NCBI RefSeq assembly: GCF_002105155.1
Contig: NW_019028980.1
Location: 1,612,001 to 1,676,000, forward strand
Reading direction: 5' to 3'
DNA from: Lobosporangium transversale
Lineage: Eukaryota
DNA length: 64,000 bases
Below are positions 13,500 to 26,213 of this stretch, piece after piece. The notes beneath the pieces were generated by a model. That model saw nothing but the letters and a program-made list of their open reading frames with translations. It ran no database searches and was not told the origin of the DNA. The number at the start of each line of letters is the position of its first letter. The first letter of the stretch is position 1. Both the position numbers and the translations under genes were made by a program.

Positions 13500-13960
13500 G
13501 ACGGTGCCATGGCCTGTATGGTTTTGAAGGCGATCGCATCCTGAGGACGACAGACATTCATCAAGATGGCATGGTACTTCTTCTGGAAGCGTCTGTCAAT
13601 TGGAACTTCCTGCCAAATTTGAAGCCAATGCTCTCCTATAGGTGTTTGAGATAGGCTTAGTATTTAGTCATGGACTGTATTGATATGAAATATAGACGTT
13701 CGAGAAAGACAATATGAATATCCTTACAAACGCTTGAGAAAGACAATATGAAAATCCTTACAGACGGGTAGGCAACTTTCGAGTTTTTTTTTTTTTTTTT
13801 TTCGCCAACAAGAATGCTCATGTCTTCGAGCAATTGAGCTAATTCAGAAATGTTCAATGGCTGAAGATGCATGTTGCGATGGAATTGCCGAAATGGAGGC
13901 GTTCATTCAGTGACTTTAAGAAAAGAACGTCTGAACAAGGCTGAAGATGTTATTGATGAG
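13500..13960 (+). repeat. Dispersed repeat family, copy C
   Basis: Similar to copies A and B. Carries an internal ~34-bp tandem duplication (gagaaagacaatatgaa.atccttaca) at ~13702-13766. Confidence 0.75.
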
Positions 13961-14666
13961 TGCGTATGTTTCAATTTGGTGGCGCACTTGCCCAAGACGA
14001 GACTCAGGCTCAAGAACAAGGACAATAAGAGTTGCGTCCTCCTTATCATGAAAGACATCACCATATAATCATGTCCAACATGAATACCACAGTGTTGACA
14101 AGTAGCTGCGAATAGCATAAATATGATGATGTGATAAGAAAGAAGTGCCAGACTCTTCGCCTGCCTGCTGCTGAGAGCAGACAGCCCAAGGCGCACCACG
14201 AGGAGGTGGTCTGGTTGCGCGCCCCCCACCTGGTTTCCGCAGACTCAGAGGAGATCTACCTGGGCCCCAACAGAGAAGACTCTCTGAGCTTCATCCCCAC
14301 TCCCCACATATCATGAGCTACTGGCTAAAGTTGCGCCAATCAATTTGTGGAAACATGTTGAACAGTTTTACCTGCTGCTTTGCGGTGAGGAGCCAAGGAA
14401 GAGAGGAAAGAGAGATCCTTTTATACGTTTTCAGAGGCATAATGGCTTGCATTCTTTTCTTTTGTCACAGCCTTCGACAGCATCGAGTCATTGTGGGACC
14501 TTTTTCTCATATGAAAAGATCTTTGCGATACCTAATAAGCTTTTATATTTGTCTGCTTCATCTTCTGCTTTCCTTTCTGTCTTGACAATCTTGGACAATC
14601 TTCTTCTTCTTTCTTTCCTACCGTGGTCTGTGCACTCTTTCCATCCTATCCTAATGTCCTGATAGA

Positions 14667-14702
14667 GTTTGTTTGTTTGTTTGTTTGTTTGTTTGTTTGT
14701 TT
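14667..14702. repeat. (GTTT)n microsatellite
   Basis: gtttgtttgttt... run. Confidence 0.9.
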
Positions 14703-16537
14703 TTGGTAAGGCTGCAAAGAACTCAAAGTGGAGCCGCAACCTTAAAAAATAGACCCTGAGAAAGACATTCCCTAACAGCCGTGCTCTTTTGATTGTCAGG
14801 ATTTTCATGTAAAGTGCATCTAAACAGGATCCACTGCTATGGTTGCAGATGCTTTGTTACACATCCCACCCTATCAAGGCAGATCGGCCGCACTGTCGAA
14901 AGCAACTGATGCATGTTCCATCATGCTAATATTGGTGGCTAGTCACTAAACACCAGGTACGCGTGAGGAAATTCAATGGTGACTTTGGTTCTCAAACGAA
15001 GTGTTCTAGAGCCCAGTAAAAACTAGGTGAGATGCAAAATCACTGTGTGGTCTCTTCAGTCATTCGCTCATTTTTAGGTACGCAGGCTGGGGTCTGGTAC
15101 TTTTTGTTTTAATGTACTTTGTTATTTATTTTTTTTCCTTTTTTTAAAGGCACTAATTTACAAACACTCCTTTGGAAATATATTGCTCTTATAATTTGCA
15201 ATTCCCAACTTGTTTTGAAGTACTAGAAGCTTTACATAACGAGGTAGCTCTGACTCGACCAAGTAGGTATTGAAAGCCTGGGAACATATTCGATGACGGT
15301 GTCAGGTTGTGTGTGAAGCGAACAGAGTCATTAATATCAAAAGACGTGCTCCATGAGAAGAGCCAAAGACGTGGTCAACAGTTGGGGTTGGAGGAATAAT
15401 GACGCCGTCACCTCTTCCTATGCGCTACTTTTTATATCTTCTCCTGTGCTTCTTATCATGCTTCAGGTACTGATGATTCTCCATCTCTTTTTCAATTGGT
15501 ACTTTTGTAGGCAATGTTGGTTTTAATAACAAGTTAAGTAATGCCATTGTGCTTTTTGCAGAGGCCACTGATGCCTCATCTTTGCTCTTGGCAACTGGTT
15601 CCCCCATGTATTTGTTGCCGATTTGCCTGTTGTTCACTGTGTAATGCCAAGGTCTAGAGCAATACCATCGTATGGTGATAACGGCGGTGGTAATAATGAT
15701 GGAGATGGTAACTGCAGTCCTGTTGAAAATCAATGTATTTGCAACCTAAGCTGATCCTGCTCCGCGGCTGCTTCCTGTAGGCTGAACTTTTTGGCCGCTT
15801 CCTGAAGAGTGGACTCGGCGGAGGCTCAGTGACAGCGGCAATAGCAGGGCTATGGTCTATCCTTGCGCCTTGGACCGAGATCAAGCTGCTCATAATCCTT
15901 CGTGACATAGTGGTTGTGGGCATGATTGCAACTATGGTTTTTGGTTTTAATAAATAACTTATCAGTCGTTATACTATGGCAGGTCATTTTTATAGGGCCT
16001 ATAAATACGGACAATCCTTGTCCATACTATTAGCAGCGAATTTGATTTTCCACCTCGCGTATAGCTGCTTCCAGAATGTTGAGGTAACAAGTTATCCTTT
16101 CTATTTCAGAAAGTAGTGGCTAGTAAGCATGAACAGCCAAAGTAGAATGACTATTTGAAACGTTAGTTCAATAATATCAACCTTAATGCTCTTCCTCTCT
16201 CGTACTGCAGAAACCTTGGGCTTGTGCCTTATTATATTTCAATGCATATACATCACTTATCTCTGTCGCGTATTTGTGTTGTTGCGGTTTTCTCTTGATA
16301 TTGCCACAGAAGATTGCGTCTGTTGATTTGCCTTGTGGGATTTAGGGCTCTTTCATCTTGTGCTTTTCTCGCTGAAGATATGGGAATAGAGCAACTAATA
16401 AAACAATTGGGTAATACGTCATTCGAGCTAAATTTTGCCCATCTTCCCCTTATTTCTTTAATGAATTCCTGATGCGATCCCATGTGGTTTTTCCAGAAGC
16501 ATCACCAACCTGTAATCCTTCTCAAGGGCATCTTTTT

Positions 16538-16571
<34 letters not shown>

Positions 16572-16694
16572 CTTAAAGACTTGAAGCCTTTTTATAATCG
16601 GTCTCCTATCGCTTTACCGTTTTCTTTCTCATAGGCATCTTCACTTGCTTAATCTTTTCGTGTTAAGTTGGAAAAAAAAGAAAGAAAAAAAAAA

Positions 16695-17701
16695 ATGAAG
16701 CGCATCTCTGAAGATCAACATGACCATCCTTCGAAGCGACCTCAATCGCTTACTTCTATGCATAACAACCATCTTCCTGTGAGCCCCAATCTCAGTGCTG
16801 GTAGTCCCAGCCCTCCACGGAAGAAGGAGGTATAAGTTGAGAAATAATAGCCTTCAGGATAGCAGATGAGAGAGGTTATAAAGAAAAAGAATAATAAAAA
16901 AAGAGAAATTCTTAATGAGAATATCAACCTTTGAAGACTAACAGGGTATATCATATCCCTTCCCTCCTCCTTTTACTCCGTTCTCTCTTTTGCCTCCCTG
17001 TAACTTTTCAATCTATCAACCTCTTTGATACCTTGGCAGCTCAGAGTATGGAAAGGATGCTCACAGCTAAAAGAATTCGAGATGGTTGACAAGCTAGGCG
17101 AAGGCACTTTTGGGCAAGTCTCTTTTTTAGAATTAGTTTCGAATAGCATTGTCATTTACGAAAACGATTCCTTTTTCATTCTGATAATCTTTTCTTTTCT
17201 TTTTTTTCCTATTGCCAAATGGGATACCAACAGTGAGGTTCACAAGGCACGCAGGAAAGGGTCTGGAGAATTGTTGGCATTGAAGCGTATTCTGATGCAT
17301 AACGAGAACGAAGGTATCCCAATTACAGCTCTAAGAGAGATCAAAATCTTGAAACGATTGAGGCATGAGAACATTGTCCCACTTCATGATATTGCTGTCA
17401 ATCCTGGTAAGGCAATGCTTATAAAATAAAAATAAAAAAAATGATAGTGAACATTTATATCTCAGTAGCTGACCAGATTACCTTAATTACAATTTTAACT
17501 TATAATAATAATAATAATAATAATAATGAAAATAGGATCAAGAAGTGGTAGAAGTCGTGCAAGTGTATATATGGTCTTCCCGTACATGGACCATGATTTG
17601 AGTGGACTCTTGAACAATCCTAGAGTCAGACTTTCTGTCCCTCAGATTAAACTCTACATGAAGCAGTTACTCGAGGGTACCATCTATATGCATGCAGTAT
17701 G

Positions 17702-17734
<33 letters not shown>

Positions 17735-18813
17735 CCAATAGTTATCTGTGATGGAACTTTGCCAAAAACATATTTCAGTATTTCTCTAATGCTTATTTAT
17801 TTATTTACTAGCAAAAAATTTTGCACCGGGATATGAAAGCAGCCAATCTCTTGATTAGTAACAATGGGACATTGAAGATTGCAGATTTCGGATTGGCGAG
17901 ACCTTTCAAGCCAGAGGGCGAAGATTATACGTCCAAAGTTGTCACACGCTGGTATCGCCCACCAGAATTATTCTTGGGCCAGAAAAAGTATGGCCCTGCA
18001 GTGGACATGTGGGGCATTGGCTGTGTGTTTGGTGAAATGTTATTTGGCAGACCTGTCTTACAGGGAAGTTCAGATCAGGATCAATTGGACAAAATCTTTC
18101 AGCTATGTGGTTCACCTACAGAGGAGACTATGCCTGGATGGTCATCCTTGCCTGGATTGGAGGAAAAAGGGGTTGTTTATCAAGTCAATAGGAACTATCC
18201 TCGCAAGTTGAAGGAAGATTTCGAGCCATATGGAACATTAGCAGCGGACCTAATGGATAAATTGTTGGTTTTGGATCCAAAGAAGAGATTGACTGCATTT
18301 GCTGCAGCGGATCATGACTACCTATGGGTCGAACCATTACCAGCAGAGATTGGAGCGTATGTATCAGAAGAAGAAAAGAAAACTCTTTGTTGTATCTTTT
18401 TTTTTTATTTTTTTTTAAATCATCTAACTATATTTAAAAAAAAATCCAGACTACCTGTGTATGAATCGAGCCACGAATATGATCGCCAGCGTAAGCATGA
18501 GCAACAGCAGGAACGCCACGCCTCTCATCATCACAATAATCACACTAATCACCATCATGCTTCTCAGAATGTACACGGACATCATATGCCTCCTCGACAT
18601 GGAGGACCACCTGGCGGATCAGCAGCACCATATCGTCCTAGTGGAGGGTATGGCCCAGATCATGAGAGAAGAGATAGGCCAAGGGCTCCACCAACAAATA
18701 CACAACCACCCACAACATATAAGCCTATACCTTTGCCACCTCGACCTCAAACTTCTGCAGTACCTCCGGCTGCGCCTAGCACATCGTCCACTAACACCAC
18801 TCGTCGACCTTGA
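16695..18813 (+). CDS. BUR1: Cyclin-dependent kinase, Bur1/Sgv1/CDK9 family
   Basis: Exons 16695-16829, 17040-17113, 17234-17406, 17536-17696, 17812-18356 and 18450-18813. Motifs [46 protein letters not shown] and ESSHE, plus a His/Pro-rich tail. Confidence 0.88.
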
Positions 18814-19253
18814 ATAGGATAGTTTTTTTTTTTTTTTTTTTTTTTTCCTTTTTCCTTTTTCCTTTTTCCTTTTTTTGTCTCCAATTTGATCCGCTTATTA
18901 GCAAAGTATGATTTCTGCTAGGCACAGAGTCAAGTGCTCTGGATAGTATTGCTTGATGGATATGTGCTCGATTCGTTCCCTATATTTCACTACTATTACC
19001 ATTTATTATTATGCCAACGTCCCGTTTCTGCCCAGAAAGCAAAGCAGTATTTGAACACTTTTTTTTTTTTTTTTTTTTTTTTTTTGTTTTTTTTTTTATT
19101 TTTTTTTACTAAAACTATAATGGACACAATTTCCAAAACAGCAAAGAGACGCGGATTAAAATAAATAAATAAATAAATAAAATAAAAATAAAAATAAAAT
19201 TTGAAAAGTGTAGATGCTTTATTTATTTCAAATACATACAAATGTTGAGAGAG

Positions 19254-19292
<39 letters not shown>

Positions 19293-19293
19293 C

Positions 19294-20397
19294 CTAGTCT
19301 TTTCGCAATAAAGTCCTCGAGTGAGGATAAGGCGACAAGGCTCTCGCTTTGGTGCCACCTGTCTTTGTCTTGGTCATGATGGCATTCGTATTCGTATTCG
19401 TATTCGTATTGCCCAGAGTGAACCTAGGTTCTCTTGTAAGAGGAAGTGACAAATAAACCGTTGTATCTGGCATCAAATGTCCGCGATCCATAATTCGGTT
19501 CCTGTTACTCAATCGACAATATTCCAATTCAGTTTTTGGAGGTGATAATAAAGACTTTGGATCATAGTTTCCCTTCTGGTTGTTGAGGTTTGCACCATGA
19601 TTTTTATCGTCATCACTATCGTCATCTTCTTCATGGAATCCATTTTTGAAGAAGGACAAGAAGGGAGGTCGAGCCTTGTCTACTTCATCTTCTTCACCTT
19701 CTTTATCTCCATGGGGATCAAATAAATCAAACCATTCGTCAGACTTGCTACGATCATTCTCTAACGATTCGAAGCCTGTGAACTCGGTGGAGAAGTGATC
19801 TTCTTCATGACAATGACGACGTGGTGAGTATTTGAGCTGTGATGATGGTGTGGACGATGGTGATGATGACGGTGAAGACGATGGTGATAATGACGATGAC
19901 AATGACAGTGAGAATGAGGACGAGGACGGGGATGATAGAGATGAAGATAATGAAGAAGATGACGGTGATTGAAAAGGCTTCATAGGGGCGCTATGGCTTG
20001 GAACATTCTTGAGGGCGATATCATTCAACTCTCTATTCTGAGACTTAATATGGTTGTCAATGTTATTGTTGTTTCTGCCAACTTTGCGAGTTGTTGTTGC
20101 TGTAGAGTTGTTCTTGTTGCGTGCAAAGGCTCGACGGGTCACATCAGGTTCTGGACGTCGATAGAACGGATTGGCATGGTCATCAAACCAATTCTCATAA
20201 CCGAGGGACCCTAGGATGTCAAGTTTCTCTTCATAGATCTTGTGTAAACGACAGGAGGGAGGTGGAGGGGTATAAGGGCGACCACTATTACTATCGGTAC
20301 TGCCACTACTACCACTAGTTGATGAAGATGAGTTGAGGCTGTTGACAAGACAGGCATTACTAGTATTGATGGTCAACGAACAGGCAGCGCGGTGCAT
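19294..20397 (-). CDS. Hypothetical low-complexity (Ser/Asn/Asp-rich) protein
   Basis: 367-aa uninterrupted ATG ORF with in-frame trinucleotide/hexanucleotide repeats and no recognisable domain. Confidence 0.55.
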   Translation of the reverse strand: MHRAACSLTINTSNACLVNSLNSSSSTSGSSGSTDSNSGRPYTPPPPSCRLHKIYEEKLDILGSLGYENWFDDHANPFYRRPEPDVTRRAFARNKNNSTATTTRKVGRNNNNIDNHIKSQNRELNDIALKNVPSHSAPMKPFQSPSSSSLSSSLSSPSSSSFSLSLSSSLSPSSSPSSSPSSTPSSQLKYSPRRHCHEEDHFSTEFTGFESLENDRSKSDEWFDLFDPHGDKEGEEDEVDKARPPFLSFFKNGFHEEDDDSDDDKNHGANLNNQKGNYDPKSLLSPPKTELEYCRLSNRNRIMDRGHLMPDTTVYLSLPLTREPRFTLGNTNTNTNTNAIMTKTKTGGTKARALSPYPHSRTLLRKD

Positions 20398-21589
20398 TAT
20401 TCAATGTGGGGAAGAGGGAGGAAAGGGTAAAATGGGGGAAAAAAAAATAAAAAAAGAAAGAGTCCTTGGAGTGAAAAGAATAAAAAGAGATGAGCGTGTT
20501 GGATTATTCAAGAAAATATGGATTTCCTCCCAAGGTTTACCATTGCATTTATATATCTTGAAGGGTTAGTAATGAAAAAAACAATCCAGCAGTTATAATT
20601 TCCAAGTCGATAATTCCTTCTTTCCGGTCCAAAGAGCCGAAAGTCTGGCCATGTGTGTGTGTGTGGAGGGGGGATTTAGAGCCAATGAATGGATTAGAAA
20701 AAGAAAGGAAAGAGTCTTTTTCTTTTTCACTTCCGATCTTGAAAAGCATTAGCCGAAGAGAAAGAAAGTAAATTTAAACGAGACATATTAATGTAAGGTT
20801 TACATGTAACTTGTCAAGCACAGCTCAAAAGATTCTTATTGCTTGGATGACTTGTGATTGTTAACTCTATATGAAAAAAGACTTTTTCTTGTCCTCGTGA
20901 GTGAAAGCAAAAGCAAAAAAAAAAAAGAAAAGAAAAGAAAAGAGCCACTTTTTCATTCTTTTTCTCCACAATCATCTGCTCATCCGAGATTGTGTATTAA
21001 AAATAAATAAAAAAGAATAAAATGGTTTTTGTATTTGAGAGCATTTTTTACTCTTTTTGCATTGTCCGATCCTATCCTATCCTATCCTTTTCCACCCTTT
21101 CCTAATTGCACGCGTTTAAAATGTTTCAGTCCCAAATAAAGTCATTGGTCAATTAAAAAAAAATACGCCAAGTCAAACATTAAAACTCAAAACGCAATGC
21201 ACATGCCCCCCTGACAAAGGCGAAAACTATGAGAGCTTCCGAAAGTGTCGCTCCAGAGCAGAAGAGACATTCATTCTTCTCTCTCTCCTGTCTTTTTTTT
21301 TTTTTTTTTATGGATATGAATGCCACTAACCATATATACTACCCAAACATCAGATTGGCTGTTTAACCAGCAGAGTAAAGGGTATACAAGTTATTATGAT
21401 AAAAAATGCTTCATAGACTTTATATTAAATTCGACAATCTTGTAGGGACTTTGCCCTATTGAGATCCATACTTTTACTATGGAGGAAGAGGTGGAGATGG
21501 AGGGAGCAAGGGTTGGAGGGGGAGAGGAGGTTTCCTTATGATCTTCTCTTTCTTTCTTTTTCGATTCAATTCGAACGAGTCGATTCGAT

Positions 21590-23180
21590 TTACTCCTGAA
21601 TCTCGCCACTGTCAGTAATCTCAACAGTGCCAGAAGGAGTACCACTAGGTGTACCAACAGCCTCAATCAACTTCAAGAGTTCCTCTCCCTGTTCAACCTT
21701 GCCAAAGACAGTGTGCTTTCCATCCAACCAAGGAGTATCCGTGAAGCAAATAAAGAACTGAGATCCATTGGTGTTTGGTCCTGCATTGGCCATTGACAAA
21801 ACGGGGCCTTTATGAGCAAGCTTGAAGTTCTCACTATGAATCATAACATAGTACACATGTATGTATAAAATAAAAAGGTTAATAAACTGGGATGAAACAT
21901 CATCAGGTCAGCAGCCCTTCTTCATTGCTCACAACTTTCCCCTTTTCCTTTTCCTTTTTTTCTTTTTCAACAATGCGCCATTGGCCTATAGGGCGTTTTT
22001 TTTTCTTTTTTTTTGATCACACAAACAAGAAAGACTCGCTTCCTTGCATCGACATAAAACTGACTGCATATTCCGATGTAGATATAAATATAGATATAAA
22101 TACAAAGATATAAATTCGGGTGTCACCTACTCGGCAAATCTTGCGCCATAAATGGATTCGCCTCCACGTCCATCACCACGGGTGAAGTCTAGGAAATAGA
22201 AGAGAAAGCAAAAAAAGACATGTGGTCAGATAAAAAAAGTAATGACACGTGGCAAAATATATACAAAATACAGATAAAAAAAAAAATAAACAACGCGACT
22301 GTAAAAAACTTACCACCACCTAGAGATTTTTTTATATATATCCATTTGTAACAAAAAAAAAAAAAAAAAAAAAAAAGACAATGAAGGGAAGAAAATGGAT
22401 AGAATGTAAGACGTTAGGAAGGAATAAGAAGAAGCCAAGCCATCCATTTGTATCCAGATCTAAAAGTTGAGTTTCATCACATAACATCCAGTGATTCAAA
22501 TAACGCTGAATTTGAACTCCATTGTATCCTAATTCTTTTGCGAGTGGTGATGCTGATAAATTAATTTCCTTCTTCTCTTTATAGATAGATAGATATTTTA
22601 CCCTGAGCCATAAAACCGGGGATGATACGGTGGCTATTTAAAAGAAGAAAAAAGAAAGAAAAAGCAATACGTCAATCTTTAGCTTCAATTTCTTTTTTTA
22701 TGTTATAGTCATGATCATAATCCAAGATCATAAATAAAGTAATGATCAAGCACAACACTTGTAACATCATTTCGTATATGACTATCTTTTTTTTTTTTTT
22801 TTTTTTTTTTTTTTCGATTTCACTTACAACTTGCTACCCTTGTAAGTGAGAGGCATGCCAGAGAGAGGAGACTTGCCCTTCTCACCGGTGCACAAAGCTC
22901 TAAAGTTCTCAGCGGTCTTGGGAACAGTCTCATTGAACAGCTTGAAGGTCATACGACCAGCTAGCAATGATAAAAATCGACAAGAGAGTTGAATAGTCAT
23001 GTTTAGAAAAATAACAAATAAAAAATAAAAAAAAAGGTAAGCGGTTCCCTTCGCTTTTCTTCTTCCTGAATAAAGTATTGTCGCGATCCTCAAGTATCCT
23101 AAAATCAATAATTGATCCGATCCATTACCAGGCTTCTGGTTGATGGCAATGTCAAAGAAAACCTTTACGGGCTTGGTCAT
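21590..23180 (-). CDS. CPR1: Cyclophilin-type peptidyl-prolyl cis-trans isomerase (cyclophilin A family)
   Basis: Exons 23180-23129, 22960-22828, 22633-22602, 22319-22314 (6 nt), 22188-22131 and 21833-21590. They give [55 protein letters not shown] and [10 protein letters not shown]. Confidence 0.92.
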
Positions 23181-23513
23181 GATGGATATAAGCGTTTTTT
23201 AGGGGGTGAAAGTTTATGAGTTGAGGATGCTGAAGAGACAAAAGATCGGAGGTAAAAGTAAAAAGGTATGCGCTGCCCGACACCCGAAATGCAATAAAAG
23301 TGACGGCTAAAATACGTCACTCACTCGCTTCTTTTTCTAATTGGCACAGCCCCTCTCGCTCTATTTTCATGAGTTGTTTGTTGCCGTGTCATCCTTCCCA
23401 TCAGGAAAAAAAAATAAGCTCAATAGTCCAAGTTCAGCCTTCTTTGCCTTGTCCTGATTCTTCATTGTTCAGGAAAAAGCTTTTGACGATATAGACCGAA
23501 TACATTGATCATC
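23181..23513. promoter_or_regulatory. Short divergent (bidirectional) promoter region between cyclophilin and U2B''
   Basis: 333 bp separate the head-to-head ATGs at 23180 (-) and 23514 (+). Confidence 0.5.
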
Positions 23514-24260
23514 ATGCCCTCCTCAAACACGCCTGTTGATCCTAATCAGACGATCTATATCCGCAACTTGAACGATAAGATCAAGAAGAATGGTAAAAAA
23601 GAAAAAAAAAAAAAAAAAAAAAAAACAATAAAACAATAACGGCTAGGAAGACATTATACACAAGCATTCTCTTTTTCCACAGAGTAACAACCTTTATGAG
23701 TTTGAAAGAAAAGAGCTAAAACCTTTATTGTTCTATTTTTTTTTTTTTTTTAAAAAAAAAATCCAGAACTGAGGCGTTGTTTATACTGCCTATTCTCCGC
23801 ATATGGCAAGATTATTTCAATTGTTACATTGAAAACAATGCGAGAACGTGGTCAGGCTTTCATTGCTTTTGCAGATATCGTCTCCGCAACAACTGCAATG
23901 CGTGGACTCCAAGGATTCAACATTTTTGGCAAATCAATGGTAAGAGTCAGGAAAAGAGATTGGATCGCAAGGAAAAAGAAAAAGAAAAAGAAAAAAAAAG
24001 CTGCGTTTTTTATTATTTTACAACAGGATCAAGCTCAACGATCTCCAATCTTTCTTTACTTAATATAGGAAATCCAATACGCAAAGACAAAATCAAATGC
24101 TATCGCTAAATTGGATGGTACATACAAGCAACCTCCAGTGAAGAAGACGGGTGCAGGATCCACAGATCAACCAACAGCTGGAATGTCTGGATCTTCATCA
24201 AATCCTATGAAACGCGAACGAGATACCGGCTCGGATTCTGATTCATCAATGTCAGAATAA
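23514..24260 (+). CDS. U2 snRNP B''/U1A-family single-RRM protein
   Basis: Exons 23514-23592, 23767-23939 and 24069-24260 give [31 protein letters not shown]...VTLKTMRERGQAFI...MEIQYAKTKS. The loop sequence is closer to U2B''. Confidence 0.88.
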
Positions 24261-24491
24261 TAAGGATAGGAAGAAAAGCAGGAAGAAAAGCAGGAAGAGA
24301 AAAGTAGTCAGAGTAGTAATGAAGAATGGTTTAGGAGAATGACATTACCTGAGGAAAGAAAGAAAGAAAGAAAAAGAAAAAGAAAAAAATAGTAAAAACT
24401 GGACGAAGGATATCCATCGGCCATCCTGTACAATAATAATATAACCAACATCATACTGATTAAGCATCAAGCGTGTTGTTATTATATGAAA

Positions 24492-24528
<37 letters not shown>

Positions 24529-24798
24529 GGAGCAATTGAAATTGAAATCATCGCATAACGCAAGAAAGAAAACAAACAAAAATGAAACAAAGAAAGAAAT
24601 AAAAAGGCTTGTAATATACATATCATCCTTTGAGCGACCAACTCGTAAATCCTCAATTGTGATTGAATTGGGCTGGTGCGAAGCCTGGGGTTGGTCTAAA
24701 CAAGATAAGGAAAAAAGAATCATATTTAACATTAAAATGATGACTATGGCTATTTTAGCGTGATAGGAGGAAAAAAAAAAAAAAAAAAAAAAAAACTC

Positions 24799-25977
24799 TT
24801 ACTTGATTCTGGAACTCCCAAAGTCCAGATCTAGATCTAAATCCAGATCTTCAGTATGGTCAGGCACAGATCGCCAATTTTGCCATTGTTGCGGGTTTGT
24901 CCTTTGCTGCTGCTGCTGTTGCGACGATGATGACGAGAAAAGCGATGGCGATCCATCGGTTCCTGTGTCTGCTTTATTAATATTTGTATGGTTCATCCAT
25001 TGGCTCTCCATCGTAGTAGATCCATACTTTGCGAATCCACCCATGTCTTTAACATGAGGCGTTGATTCTCCTCCTTCTCCTTCTTCTCCTTCTCCCCCTT
25101 TGCTTTCTGCTTCATACGCAGCCAATGCTTTACGGGTCATCTCATCTGCGATGGTCTGAGAAATAGGTAAGGTCTCATAGGTAGGGTAAGAAGAAAACCC
25201 AAAGAGCGCGTTTGAATCCATCGTGGTCGTTAAATCGTGCCCACCAGCTGTACCCCAACCAATCTCAAAATCCTTGGAAGTGAAATTCAATCCCGATGCT
25301 ACTTCCGAAAGTATCTGTTGCTGTTTCCTCCATGAGGGTCGCAAATCAAGGTCTTCATCTGTACGTAGCCACTGTGGGATGTCTTCCTCTTCTTCCGCTT
25401 TTGCTCTTTCTCTTGTTCTTGCTTCCGCGTCTTGATAGTTCATACCAGTGTCGCCCATTTTTTCATTCTCTCCCTTCAACAATATTGAGCTTGAACCAAA
25501 AGAAGACGTGGCGTTATTCGACTGCTGTGTGTTATTATTAGAAGCGGTCGTTGATGCTCCTGTCGTTTCTGTTCCCGTAGTAGCAGTGCCACTAGTGGCT
25601 CCTGATGCTGAAGTGGTATTGGGTGGTGGAACTGAAAAGGGGAAAGGAAATGGTGTCTGGGCAGATTTGAAGACGTGATTGGGATCCAAAGCCATAGCAT
25701 CCAACATATCAGCAGTGACTCCAGGCTGGAAAGGGTTCACTTCACTTGGAGAAGGTAACCTTGCCCAGGGTCCATTGTCTGGTGTTGTTCCTGTGAAGGC
25801 CGTAGTATGGCCGTCATTGCTGTTATTCGCAGTCGTTGGTTCAACAGAGGTAATGGGCTCTTGCTGATCGACTGTAATATGAAATGACTGCTCAAATGTC
25901 TTTTGCAGACGCTCCTCTGGCTCATCGAGACTAAGTGCCTTGAAATCAAAGGCTTCGTCCATGTCAAGGTCATCCAT
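24799..25977 (-). CDS. Hypothetical acidic/low-complexity protein
   Basis: Open frame from ATG 25977 (MDDLDMDEAFDFKALSL) to stop 24799, ~392 aa. A polypyrimidine/CAG acceptor lies just upstream at ~26011. Confidence 0.65.
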   Translation of the reverse strand: MDDLDMDEAFDFKALSLDEPEERLQKTFEQSFHITVDQQEPITSVEPTTANNSNDGHTTAFTGTTPDNGPWARLPSPSEVNPFQPGVTADMLDAMALDPNHVFKSAQTPFPFPFSVPPPNTTSASGATSGTATTGTETTGASTTASNNNTQQSNNATSSFGSSSILLKGENEKMGDTGMNYQDAEARTRERAKAEEEEDIPQWLRTDEDLDLRPSWRKQQQILSEVASGLNFTSKDFEIGWGTAGGHDLTTTMDSNALFGFSSYPTYETLPISQTIADEMTRKALAAYEAESKGGEGEEGEGGESTPHVKDMGGFAKYGSTTMESQWMNHTNINKADTGTDGSPSLFSSSSSQQQQQQRTNPQQWQNWRSVPDHTEDLDLDLDLDFGSSRIK

Positions 25978-26213
25978 GTTGTCAGGTAATTGCAAAGGTA
26001 AGGAAATGACCTGAAAAAAAAAAAAAAAAAAAAAAAGGAGCCATTTTCTTTTGTGGTCACAAATCACATTAATTTTACTAATTTGTTTCTTGTTTTATTC
26101 GTTATAAATTTAATTTTGTAATATAAATAAATATATATAATTCATGTTCAACTGCGCTAATCTAAAGTGGAGGGTTTACGCCTCGAGCGAGGTGATTTTT
26201 TTTTTTTATTCTT

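Noticed and set aside
15425..15923. Two short overlapping minus-strand ORFs
   Set aside because: Low complexity, different frames and no family signal.
18934..19358. Short ORFs with poly-Phe/poly-Lys (many similar ones across the window)
   Set aside because: Translations of poly-T/poly-A tracts in introns and UTRs.
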